A stretch of DNA of 64,000 nt from Utricularia gibba (Eukaryota > Plantae > Magnoliophyta): assembly GCA_002189035.1 (NCBI GenBank), contig NEEC01000008.1:3286001-3350000 (forward strand). Direction: 5' to 3'. Below the pieces are notes generated by a model, which had not been told where the DNA came from, did no database searches, and saw only the letters and a list, made by a program, of their open reading frames with translations. Each line of letters starts with the position of its first letter. Within the stretch, counting starts at the first letter, position 1. A program made the position numbers and the translations under genes. Below, one piece after another: positions 1 to 14,800 of the stretch.

Positions 1-46
1 TCGAGGGCACTAAAACGCAACCAAAGAGTTCATACAATTTACTTAC

Positions 47-468
47 AGAAGCAAGTTGAATACTTTGATGGCTTCTTGTCATGACCTTCCTTAATAATTT
101 GTTTCTTAACTTTCTCATGAAGAATTTCTACTTTGGAATCTACTTCAGGTGGCCCCTCTTCATCTTGGGGAAGATCACCACGCACAACTGATGAAGCTTC
201 AGTAACAATATCATCATAATCAACCTGACCTGCAAAATCATCCCACACTTCAATACTTTTTTTTTGGGTGCATGTGAGACAAATGACAGAATCAAAAGAT
301 CAAATGAAATTCTAATCAATAAAGCGTATACTTTCGGCAACAAATCATTTAGTGCAAGAAAGGATAGCCCATTTAGGATAAGACGACAATCGGAAAGAAC
401 TGCACTGAATCAACGAATCCCTAATCCATCAAACCTGAGGGTAAATCCGCTTCCTCCAGTTCAACCAT
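47..468 (-). CDS. TWD1: FKBP42 / TWISTED DWARF1 immunophilin, 5' part (continues past left edge)
   Basis: Exon 1 468-435 (MVELEEADLPS-G, donor GTTTGA); exon 2 229-47 (GQVDYDDIVTEASSVVRGDLPQDEEGPPEVDSKVEILHEKVKKQIIKEGHDKKPSKYSTCF, donor GTAAGT). Matches the FKBP42 N-terminus (EIVTEGSAVV...KVSKQIIKEGHGSKPSKYSTCF). Confidence 0.9.
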
Positions 469-657
469 CACTGAGTTATTTCTTCGACCGGAGGATCCTC
501 ACAGCACAGCCAAAAAAATACCAAATCAATTCTCTGAGCCGAAACTAGAGCACCCACAATCACGCTCAAAGCATAGATTGGGTCTACTCTTTCAGAGAAA
601 ATAACCCAGAATCGGAATTCTCTCACCGGAGACTGCGAAGGGAGAAATTATCGTCAC

Positions 658-735
658 TCATCACTCACATTCTCGAAAGTTCGACGTAAACTGCCGTGTA
701 GATTCCGAGTCATCACTCACGTTCTCGAAAGTTCG
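658..735. promoter_or_regulatory. 26-bp direct repeat, each copy with a perfect 3-unit heat-shock element
   Basis: TCATCACTCAC(A/G)TTCTCGAAAGTTCG at 658-683 and 710-735. TTC-tc-GAA-ag-TTC at 670-682 and 722-734 fits nTTCnnGAAnnTTCn. Confidence 0.75.
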
Positions 736-1024
736 TCATCAAGACTGGTAGTCGTTCAATTTCTTTCAAGGATAAAATAATATGTAAAATTGTTTCTTAA
801 TAAAAATACGAATAATTTTTATCGCATGAAATGGTCAAAAAAATTCAAATAAAAATATTAAAGTACAAACATTTTTCTTAAAAAATAATTACAATAATTG
901 ATTGCAATACTACAAAATACCCCAAATGTGACCCTAAATTGATGCCAATGCAACCCTAGGGCTACCACAAATGTGGCTATTTGGTATTTGCCTTGCTCCT
1001 CTTGTGTGCATCTCTTCTACTGAA

Positions 1025-2451
1025 TCAGACAGGGGGAGGAGGCAACTCCAACAGCAACCAAAATCCAACACACTCATCTGAATCCAACTCATCTTGAATG
1101 GCAAGGAAGTGCAGCCCTCCACAAGCAGTTTTAGCTGCTTCCCATGCCTCGGCTTCTCCGGTTGTCGCCGGCGTCTTCTTGTACGTTGCGTAGATGTATC
1201 GTGTCGAAATCCCGACAGAAAGAACCAGGTAGCCCTTGCTTGTATCAGCCACTATTGAGCACACTTCCAGACCATCCATCCAAGCTATGCAACATATAGT
1301 TGGGATCAGCATTAGCATTATGCCAAAGTTCAAGGAACTCAAAGGTTTCAAACTTAGCGTGCATGAAGTACCTGCCAATGGCTGAGCTCTAGAAGATGCA
1401 ACAGCAATTCCAGGTATGAGTTTGTCTTCTGGAACTTCAATTCCTAGGAGATCCAAATCTATACTTGATCCGAATGTGAATTGTGTCTTGAGTGATCTGA
1501 CTGCCTCTCGAACCTCTGTGGATACATGGGGCAGCATCATATTATGAACTCGATTTGGATGAAACAATGAGCAGGAGTATGCAGTGTATAGAGTGTACCT
1601 AAGAAAGGTAACTGGACAAACGCCCATTTGTCTCCATAGAGATTTTCAGGAAGATCAACAGGGAATGGATTATCTAGTGAAGCAAGTGGCTTCGACCCTT
1701 TTTGGAATCCTGGGTGCTGAGTGTAGACAGTTTCATAGCGTTCTTCTAACCATAAAAGGAGGGAGAGGCACTACATAGGAAACGCCAATGTGAACTGATA
1801 GCAAGTTGGAAAACAACACAAATGATTCCTTAGCTTACTCTTTTGCTTGGAATTGCGTTGATTGACAACTCATTGCAAGCTCTTGTGATGATTGTTTGCA
1901 TTTGAGACCTGTGTCATTCATGTACCCCATTTCGCTCATAAAATACCACTTGTAAAATAGAACCACAGAAAACAAAGCTATCACCACCTGAAGAACCTGA
2001 TCTTCTCAGGTAAAGGGACGCCCATTTCCTCAGAGATTGAAACCAGAGCATTCTTCAGGGTAACACTATTGATAACATTATTCGGAAAATACTTTGTATA
2101 CTGCAAAGACAGCGCTTCATCGCACACAACCAGCTCCCATACCTTCTTCCCCCTGCTATCAACAATGGGCCTAGAACAGAAATCAACTTCCCAGTCGATG
2201 ATCGACTCGACATCCGCATCAGGGTCGACGTATCTTATTTCTTCATTCGGGTCAACTGGGATTTCGTCTTGGTCCTCGGGTTCATACTGTGAGTCAGAAT
2301 TCGAGAGAGAAATGGAAGGCTCCGAAACAGAGAAACAGAGTTGCGGGAATTGGGCATCCTTGAGTTTGATACGGGGGAAGAACTGGGTTCTCTTGGGCCT
2401 CTTAAAATTGGAGATTTTTGTGGGATGGCAGCTCAGTCGAAGAGTAGCCAT
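1025..2451 (-). CDS. TAB2: Chloroplast RNA-binding protein TAB2/ATAB2, 5 exons
   Basis: Transit-peptide-like N-terminus, then [26 protein letters not shown]...[18 protein letters not shown]...[14 protein letters not shown]; GT-AG junctions join in frame. Confidence 0.93.
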
Positions 2452-2777
2452 TGATGGATAAGAGGGAAAGCTTGAAGCTCCAGGTAGTTCAAGTAATCCG
2501 CCACAGGTTTTTTGCCTGTTAGAAAAAAAAATGTAGATAAGGTGATTATTATAATATGGGCCTTTTCCACTTGGCCCAAAAAACGGAAAATGGGCTGATA
2601 AACCATAAAAAGGCTTTTCATTGTATTGTACGTAATTGGGCAAAATTGTCTTTTCGCGTCTACGTAAGCAAGAAATGGAGGATTTGATCCTGTCCCTGCG
2701 GCCTGCTGCTCGGCCTCAGGATATTCTGTTCCCGTTCTCAGTTTCTGTGCGGAATAGGGAAGCATGGTTCATTTACG
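2452..2777. promoter_or_regulatory. Putative bidirectional promoter (TAB2 / DUS) with site II motifs
   Basis: 326 bp between divergent ATGs; TGGGCC, GGCCCA and TGGGCT motifs at about 2557-2600. Confidence 0.55.
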
Positions 2778-5207
2778 ATGATGACGAAGCTCGCTGGAGG
2801 GGTTTCGATGACTTCAATCTTTCCTGCTCATTTTGTTCTACTCCGGAATTTTGGTGGATTGTCGTTAAGTTGGAATAATAGGAATAGAGCGAGGTTTCAT
2901 TGCTGCGTGAATAATGTTTCATCTGGGCATTTACCTGCTCGGTTCAGGTGCATTTCGTTCATATTATTTTGAGAAGTATGAGTTTCCGCGAGTGTAAATG
3001 GTTTCTTGACGATTGTTGTTAATCTTTGATATGTAGTGTTGCTCCTATGATGGAGTATACGGACAATCACTTCAGGACTCTGGCTCGCTTAATATCAAGG
3101 CATGCTTGGCTGTACACGGAAATGATTTCTGCTGAAACCATTGTATATCAGAACGGCAATTTGGTATCTTTCAGGAAGAGATTGTTTGTTTTCGCTTTTT
3201 GTTGTTCTTTTGTTTGGGTAGCACCACTGATTTGTTCTCATCCATCAGGATAGGTTTTTGGCCTTTGGTCAAGAGCAACATCCAATAGTGCTTCAGATTG
3301 GTGGTAGTGATCTAGAAAATATTGCCAAAGCTGCTCAACTTGCGAGCTCCTATGGATATGACGAGATCAATTTCAAGTTCAGTTCTTTTCCCTGAACACC
3401 TATATAACTTTTTAGCGAATTCGTTAGGTTGGATTGTCCAACTAAGACTTACATAGAACAGCTGTGGATGTCCAAGTCCAAAGGTTGCTGGAAAAGGGTG
3501 CTTCGGAGTGTTTCTCATGCGTAAGCCTGAAGTATGTGAATGGATTTGAATCATGTTATTTGTTCTTTTTCTTATAATGGGGATTTATTCAGTAATCGTC
3601 TTTTACAAGGGAAGTTTGTCGCTGACGCCATGTCAGTGATTTCATCCGCTTCTGGTGTTCCTGTGAGTGTCAAATGCCGTATTGGAGTTGATAATCATGA
3701 TTCATATGATGAGCTGTGTAAGCTATTATGGACGCTGTTGTAAATGCGTAAATGATGTAGGCTCACTGTGTCCTCGTGTATTATGGAATTCTCCTAATGT
3801 TCTATGTGATCATTATTTTGTAGGTGACTTCATATACAAGGTTTCATCGAAATCACCCACAAAGCATTTCATAATACACTCACGAAAGGCTTTACTTAAT
3901 GGCATCAGTGCAAAGGATAATAGATCAATCCCACCCTTAAAGTACGTATTCTTACTCCAATTCATTACAGTTATAAGAGCCTTCATGTTTTTTTTCTGTG
4001 ACGCTGGTTATATTTGATCCACATTTGCAGATATGAATACTTCTATGCTCTTGTGCGTGATTTCCCTGATTTGCAGTTTACAATTAATGGAGGCATAAAC
4101 ATGATTCATGAGGTAGTTTTTCAGTTTTGTTTTCCAACCTTGAATCTTCTGAACTTTCTCGGTATAAAAGGCTGGCTATCCATATTAGGTGATGGCAGCA
4201 CAAGGTTCTATCTTTTTGGTTTTGATAACTGCGTACACCCTTATCATACCCCCAACTTGAACTTGCATGATGGGGCTAAGCTACAATATGTCCTTTTGAT
4301 CTTCTCCCACGTGAGTGGTAAAGTTTTGTTGATTTTTAGGTTGCTTCAGCACTCACTGAAGGTGCTCATGGAGTCATGGTTGGGCGAGCGGCATACAAGA
4401 AGTAAGAATTATGCATTCGTCTTCAATTTCTCCCTAAGAATTTAGAAAAGAACAGTTTTTTTTTTTTTCTGGATGCGTTTTAAGATTTGGAAAAGCTTTG
4501 GTTCTATATCCGTGCTTCAATCTGTACTTAAAACAATATGGCATTTTGTAGTCCATGGAATCTGTTGGCGCATGTCGACAGTGCAATTTATGGTGCACCA
4601 CCTTGCAGTTTGACTCGTCGACAGGTTAGTCGACTATCCTCATATCATCCTTCCAATGCTTGCTGCTTTAAATGCACCCTACCCTTGTTCCATGTAGGTC
4701 CTCGAAAAATACCAAGTGTATGCTGATTCAGTCTTGGGCCTCTTTGGACCTAAACCAAATATTCGTGAATTGATAAAGGTATGCCTTTCTTACAATGTCT
4801 GATGGCACTAAACCCCAGGAACTGTTTGGATTGCTCAAAGCTCATGCATATTATGGCAGCCATTGCTCAACTTCTTCCACTCGGAGAACGGAAACAGCTT
4901 ATGGAAGCGCAAAGCTGAGGCTGCATTCACCGACTGCACAGTAAGTCATCTAGCATACACTGTTCGTACAAGTTCACGACGGGGACCTCCTGTATTTCTA
5001 AGTTCACTGCGAAGATGTTATTCAATTTCAAACTTGCAGACAGTCGAATCCTTTTTCGAGGAGACACTTGTTGCGATCCCAGACTCCGTCTTGGATTCAC
5101 CGGTCACCTCATCTCCGGTAAGCCTGTCCAATATGTTTGCTGATTCGAAGAATTTGCTGCCCCCTCCTCCATCTACTCTTAGAGAGGGGGAGCTCCTGTA
5201 TGCTTAG
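2778..5207 (+). CDS. tRNA-dihydrouridine synthase (DusA-like, FMN-linked), multi-exon
   Basis: FSVAPMMEYTDNHFRTLARLIS, YTEM, LQIGGSD, catalytic NCGCPSPKV, VSVKCRIGVD, FIIHSRKA, INGG, VMVGRAAY; exons join in frame. Confidence 0.92.
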
Positions 5208-5799
5208 ATAAACAGACCCCGTTGGAAATCAATGGCAGCAATGACCCATATTGCATTTATTACACTTGATCCTATACACAATCTTCCCATTAATTCAGTA
5301 CTTATTCATTCAGATTCAACCCGTGATACATAATTGTCCTTGTGTTAAAAATTGGATCTTGTTCTCAATCTTACAAGATGAATCGCGTAAAAAAACGCAT
5401 GACTGATGTCTGAAGTAATGAGCTTTACTGAGAGCAGTGGATTTCGAACGAAGAAGATGAATCGTAGCAGGGTAGCATGTTAAGCGATGAGGTTAGGTTC
5501 GGTTTTTTCTGTAGAAGCGTATGGTGTGCCGTCTCACTATGAATGGTTGTGTTTTTGTAACGTGAAAGACGAATGGTCAACCGACTGCGCACATCATCGA
5601 CGACAATCATTGATGACGCATCGCTCATCCAATGAAATATGGACAAGAAGGATACGCGTCTACTTGGTCGCCTCGCGTTGTTTTGTGATCCGTTTTATTG
5701 AAAATTCGCGAAAGATTGCTTATTGGTTGTACATTTCCTACCGAAACATCTTGTTGTGAAAAGGGCTGTGCCAATATCAGCTCTGCGATCATTCGAGAA

Positions 5800-8878
<3,079 letters not shown>

Positions 8879-9243
8879 GTTGAGCAATGTCCAACAGTTG
8901 TCAAAACTCCAGAACAATGTTTAAAATATTACGACTGAATTATGTTTAAACTTTGAAGTGTTGGTGATATAAATCAGTAACAACGTGTTTGAATCATTTT
9001 GAATTATAAATTGTTTTTATTCGTTTTGAACATTCAATTTTATATATGTTTTTTTCTTCTAGAAAAAAATGCGTCATATAATATTAGAAAAATTTCTTTT
9101 ATATAAACTGTAATTAGTCGTTCACGGTTTTTAGGTTTAAAACAATGATGGTAAATGATGCATCTTTGTGCATGTTTGTAAATAATTTGGACAAAGTTCA
9201 AACGTATGCATGGTGTATTTAGTCTGATCTGTTGACGTAAAAT

Positions 9244-9355
9244 TGGGCTTTCAAGCTATACCGCCCATGAAGGATGTTCGAATGCTGGGCTTTCTTATTC
9301 CATATTGGGCTTTCCGTGTGTAGCCCAATGACGGCTAAAGGCAAAGAGCGGCCCA
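9244..9355. promoter_or_regulatory. Cluster of five site II (TGGGCY) elements
   Basis: TGGGCT at 9244, 9286 and 9306; AGCCCA at 9322; GGCCCA at 9350; upstream of a nuclear gene for a mitochondrial protein. Confidence 0.65.
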
Positions 9356-9682
9356 TAGAAAAAACCGTTGCCTCTGCGGTGGTAGTGTCAGTCGTCTTTC
9401 TCGATCTCGGTCTCTTCTCGCCGTCCTTCGAGGTACGTTTCGCCATGTATTGAGTCTTCTGGCGGGCGCTTGTTTATTTTTTTTTCAGTATTCTAATCAT
9501 AGAATTTATGGTCGGAAGCATATTATTCGGGGGTTTTTTTTTTGTTTTGTGAATCGGCACAGTATTGTTGCGGGTTCATGGTGGAATTTGCAGTAATTAA
9601 TAGTATATGGGTGCCAGATTCAGTTACATCCTTGAAATTTTGCGGTCTGCTGATGATGGGGTTCTGAATTGGCCAGGTGAAG

Positions 9683-10358
9683 ATGGGCAGGAAAGCCGGT
9701 GGTCTGTATATCAATCCAAAGAAATTTGGAAATCTCCAGAAACCTTGTATGCAGGAGATGATGTCATTTCTGAGTTGTTTAGCTCTGAGTCAAGGGAATG
9801 ATCAACGATGTACTCGGCAGAAGTCATTACTGAGTGCCTGCATGGATGCACAGGTAACTGAGCACTCTGTATTTTAGTAGATTTAACTGCATAATTCCTT
9901 AAGCTACTTATATTTTTTGGCACCTGTATCTCTTTACCATTCATTCTACTGTGGATGCTCAGTTAAATTGGCTCTCTCTGATTTTAGTCAGTTATCCTGT
10001 GGTTTACAATGTTTCATGCTAGAACAATTTGGATTCAACCGCCTAACTCCTTAAGATACTTGCACTTTTTTTGCACTTGTGTGATGGGTTTCTATGAATG
10101 TGGAAGCTGAGTTAGGCGATTATCATGTGGTTTATCATGACTCATGTTCTTTGGGAAATGGATTTAATTGTGAAGTGCTCCAATCTCTCTTTCTTTTGCA
10201 CATATCTGTTGGTTAGCTTTGTTAATTGTTATCGTGCGTTCTGAATATCATGAGCTAAGTATGCTGATTCTATCACCTTGTTTCAGACTAGCAACAAGCA
10301 AAAGCCTTGGGGCACAATCAATTATCACCTTCAGAGGCTTGGCAGGGGAAGAAAGTAA
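9683..10358 (+). CDS. Twin CX9C (CHCH) protein, mitoribosomal mS37/MRP10-like
   Basis: MGRKAGGLYINPKKFGNLQKPCMQEMMSFLSCLALSQGNDQRCTRQKSLLSACMDAQ|TSNKQKPWGTINYHLQRLGRGRK*; two CX9C motifs; basic; exon 2 10287-10358; a 5'UTR intron precedes the ATG. Confidence 0.8.
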
Positions 10359-11857
10359 GGATCATCACATCCTTCTGACCGTCAAGACCTACTAGCCAAG
10401 GCAGCATCTTTGTATTCATTCGTCTCGGTTTGCGGCGTAATCTTTACATAATCCTTAACCATTGTTCCAATTTCAAGCTGTGACAATGTTATCCAGAGAT
10501 GGAGGCTGATGATTGATAGATTTGTTCTTCGTTTTGGAAGCTTTGAGTGATGAGGGTTCCATGGGGATTGCCATACCTTCTCCTCAAGGAAACTAATGGT
10601 AGAGAATGGGAACTTGATAAGGAAAAAACATTAGTTGCACATCAAAAGAAGGATCACAAGTTGCAAATCCTTCTCTAAACACATCTAACCACTCCATTTT
10701 CATCATGATCCGAAGAACACGTTGAATTTTGGAGTTCATTCATTTTTTTAATTTTGATATAGTACATGATTAAATTTAGAAAAATTGAAAAGAATAATTC
10801 AAATTAGTACAGAATCATAGGTCAATTTTCATAGATTTGTTTTGAACGTACGTTTAATTTATTCAAATATATTTTTTGGTCAATGGTTTCAAGTTTTAAT
10901 TTTATTTATTTATTTTAAATATGTCTATTAAAGACGACAATATTTTAAACATTAAAAATTATTTACTGATCTCCACAAAAGACATGTGTCCAAAGGAGGT
11001 TGGGTTGGCCTAGTAGTGACAAAGTGGTGGTTAACACTTCATAACGGAATTATTGATTTGTGGCGGGGCAAAATTGTCCAAAGTGTACACATACTCTGAA
11101 TCCGCCATGCGAGGTACAAGCGAAAGTTGCGGTGTCGGCGGATACCACCCAGCGTAGCAACGCAAGTTGTCGTTTTCCGGTCCCTCCCTCCGATGTAGAT
11201 CTGATATTTAATAATCTCTTTCTTTCGGTTGAGGGCAGGGGAGAAGGAAGAAGGGTGTGGGAGCCAGGGAATAACCCCATTGGCTGACCTACCCTCACAT
11301 TTCTCTTAAGTTCCCAGTAATGCATTGCTGCTCCTGATCCTACGGATTCTTGTTTGATATGTGGGGGTCTTTGGTGGGTTGATTCGCATTTTTGCATAGT
11401 TGTTGGGTTTGCATTAGGTATTTGGAATCGAGTTTAGTTGATGAAGTGTTGGGTAGTGCCAGCAATTGCCTTTTTCTGGATGTGGGAATGCGTTTGCTTA
11501 ATCAAAATTTTTAACTGTTCTTGTTTCCGCATTTTAGTTGATTTTCTGAGCTATTTTATCGTGGCTGGAATTGGCGTTGTTTGTGATTGAACCAAATGAG
11601 AATGTTTTAGAGGTTGATTTATTTGTCGGTGGAGTTTGTTTCGTTGGATTATGAAAGTGCCGATCTTTGTGCTGGATTTAGAGGTTGTTTTATTTCTCTG
11701 AAGTGATTTTCATCTGAACTGTTGGATAGAGGACGAAATCGTAGTCGACGCTGATGGTTTTTGTACTGCTTTTGTAGGTCGCGAATTAGGCGTCTTTTTT
11801 TGACAATTCGAATCAAGCGTGTTCTGAAATTGCTTATTTAGTCCTTCTGCATTGATC

Positions 11858-14800
11858 ATGGAATCAGATGCAGGAAACAAGGTTAGTTGAAGAATTTTTA
11901 CTGATTCGATAGGTGAGCTACTCAAAATGTGGTCAGGTGTTATTGGCCTCCCTCGCCTACAGGATTCAATCTTTTGTTGCATGAGTTTTATTCATGCGGG
12001 TTGAATTTACTTTCTCCATTGAAGATGCTTGAGGTTTCACAATCCTTATTCTGATCTGAAGATGACATGATTCACAGGAAAAAATTTTGAAGACAGTTGG
12101 AAGTCAGATCTGTCAGATTTGTAGTGATACTATTGGTGTGACTGCTGATGGTGAGCCATTTGCTGCATGCGATGTCTGTGCTTTTCCAGTTTGCAGACCT
12201 TGCTATGAATATGAGAGGAAAGAAGGTGATCAATGCTGTCCTCAATGCAAAACCAAATACAAACGGCATCGAGGTAAACCTGGTGTTCAACTGATGAATA
12301 TGAACAGCTAAACTCAACTACTTATGGCTACTGAATTTTTTCCGTTGGGGATGGAGTGTTTGCTGAGCTCCTTTTGTGTCCTTTTTCGAGTTCTATGGTG
12401 CTCTTTGTATTCCTTCCCTTTCATTCTACGATAAACTCTCAACGTACAAAACAGGAAGTCCAGCGATTCATGGTGATGTAGAGGATGATGCTGTCACCGC
12501 AGATGGTGTAAATGTTCAAGAGAATCAAGAGAAAAAAAGATATCAGAGCGCATGTTGAACTGGCACATGAACATGGAAAGAGGGGAAGACATTGGAGCAC
12601 CAAAATATGACAGGGAGGTCACCCATACTCACATTCCCTTGCTTACCAATGGAACAGATGTATGCGGCCTTTTATTTCTGCCTATGGGCGGTTCTTTTAT
12701 CTTTCCTCAAACTTGAAATGCTATCTGCTCTTTGAAGGTTTCTGGAGAACTTTCTGCAGCATCACCTGGACGCCTTTCCATGGGATCCCCTCCACATGTT
12801 GGTGCTGGAAAACGTAAACTCAACCAGTCTTGAATTTTTTTCATCCACTTATTGTCTTCTCAGAATCTCCTCTATCTTCTCATTTTTTCTCCACACAGTA
12901 ATGTTTCACTATCTTTTTGCAGCAAGGATTGTTGGTCCTGCAAGGGAGTTTGTATCTCCTGGATTAGGAAATGTAGCATGGAAGGAGAGAGTTGATGGCT
13001 GGAAGATGAAACAGGAAAAGCCTATTCCTCCCATGACTTCTAGCCATCCTCCTTCTGAAAGAGGTGCTGCTGATATTGATTCCAGTACCGATATTGTTGC
13101 GGATGACTCTCTACTGTAAGTTATTAAACCATTTTTCGAGATTGCTGAACATTAGCTAAACAGAAAACATGCGCTATTTCAAGTTGAATGTACAATATTG
13201 TGTCTCTTATTTTTTCATCCTCCTTACACTACGGATGCTTCCAGGAACGATGAAGCCAGGCAGCCTTTATCAAGGAAGGTTTCCATACCTTCCTCCAGGA
13301 TAAATCCTTACAGAATGGTTATTATCTTGCGACTTGGAATTCTGTGTATTTTCCTGCATTATCGAATCACGAATCCTGTGCCAAATGCATATGCGTTGTG
13401 GTTGATTTCTGTCATTTGTGAGATCTGGTTTGCCATTTCATGGATTCTTGATCAGTTTCCAAAATGGTTTCCAGTTAACCGGGAAACTTATCTTGACAGG
13501 CTCTCCCTTCGGTGAGAAAATTTTGATGTTTTTCTGCCAAATAGTTTTCACCAGTGTTTCGTTCAGTTTTTGATATAATAACATCTATTTATTTTTGTTG
13601 AAATTGTGATAGATATGATCGAGAGGGCGAATCATCACAGTTAGCTGCTGTTGACATATTTGTCAGTACGGTGGACCCTCTAAAGGAGCCTCCTCTTGTT
13701 ACTGCTAATACTGTACTTTCCATTCTTGCCGTGGACTATCCAGTTGATAAAGTCTCCTGCTATCTTTCTGATGATGGTGCTGCTATGCTAACATTCGAAG
13801 CTCTATCAGAAACAGCAGAGTTTGCACGAAAATGGGTTCCATTCTGCAAAAAGTACAGCATTGAGCCCCGAGCTCCAGAATGGTACTTTGCTCTGAAGAT
13901 TGACTACTTAAAAGACAAAGTTCATCCTTCGTTTGTCAAAGATCGCAGAGCTATGAAGGTGAATTTTTTATTGAATGTGGATAAGCTTTGACTGATTGAG
14001 TTGTTTCATAACATCTCCCTGTTGTGCTGCTCCCTTTGTAGAGAGAATATGAAGAATTTAAAATTCGTGTAAATGCCCTTGTTGCCAAGGCTCAAAAAGT
14101 TCCAGAAGAGGGCTGGGTCATGCAAGATGGTACTCCCTGGCCTGGAAATAATACTAGGGATCATCCTGGAATGATACAGGTAAGCTAGAAGGACTTTTTT
14201 GGATTGCCTTGAATTTTTGAGATCTGGTTGGATTCATCTATATTATCTGCATGCAGGTTTTTCTGGGACAAAGTGGTGGCCTGGACAGTGATGGCAATGA
14301 GCTTCCTAGACTGGTGTATGTTTCTCGTGAAAAGCGTCCAGGCTTTCAACATCACAAAAAAGCTGGTGCTATGAATGCACTTGTAAGTGGTTGAAGGATG
14401 TTGATTTAAAAATATTTTTCCATGTAACAACCTTGCATCTGAAATGCTACCTGTTGCAGGTTCGAGTGTCGGCTGTTCTTACAAATGGACCTTTTTTGTT
14501 GAATCTTGATTGTGATCACTACATAAACAATAGCAAGGCTCTGAGGGAGGCTATGTGCTTCCTTATGGATCCAAATCTTGGGAAATATGTTTGCTATGTT
14601 CAGTTTCCACAAAGATTTGATGGTATTGATAGGAGTGATCGATATGCCAACAGAAACACTGTCTTCTTTGATGTAAGTTCCTTATAACATTTTTCAACAT
14701 TTTGGCCCTTAGCAATAAAATCACTTTTTGCTTGAATAGGATTTTTAAGTTGCGTGAAGGAATGCTTCATGGCCCTAATAATGATATGCAATTATTTCCC

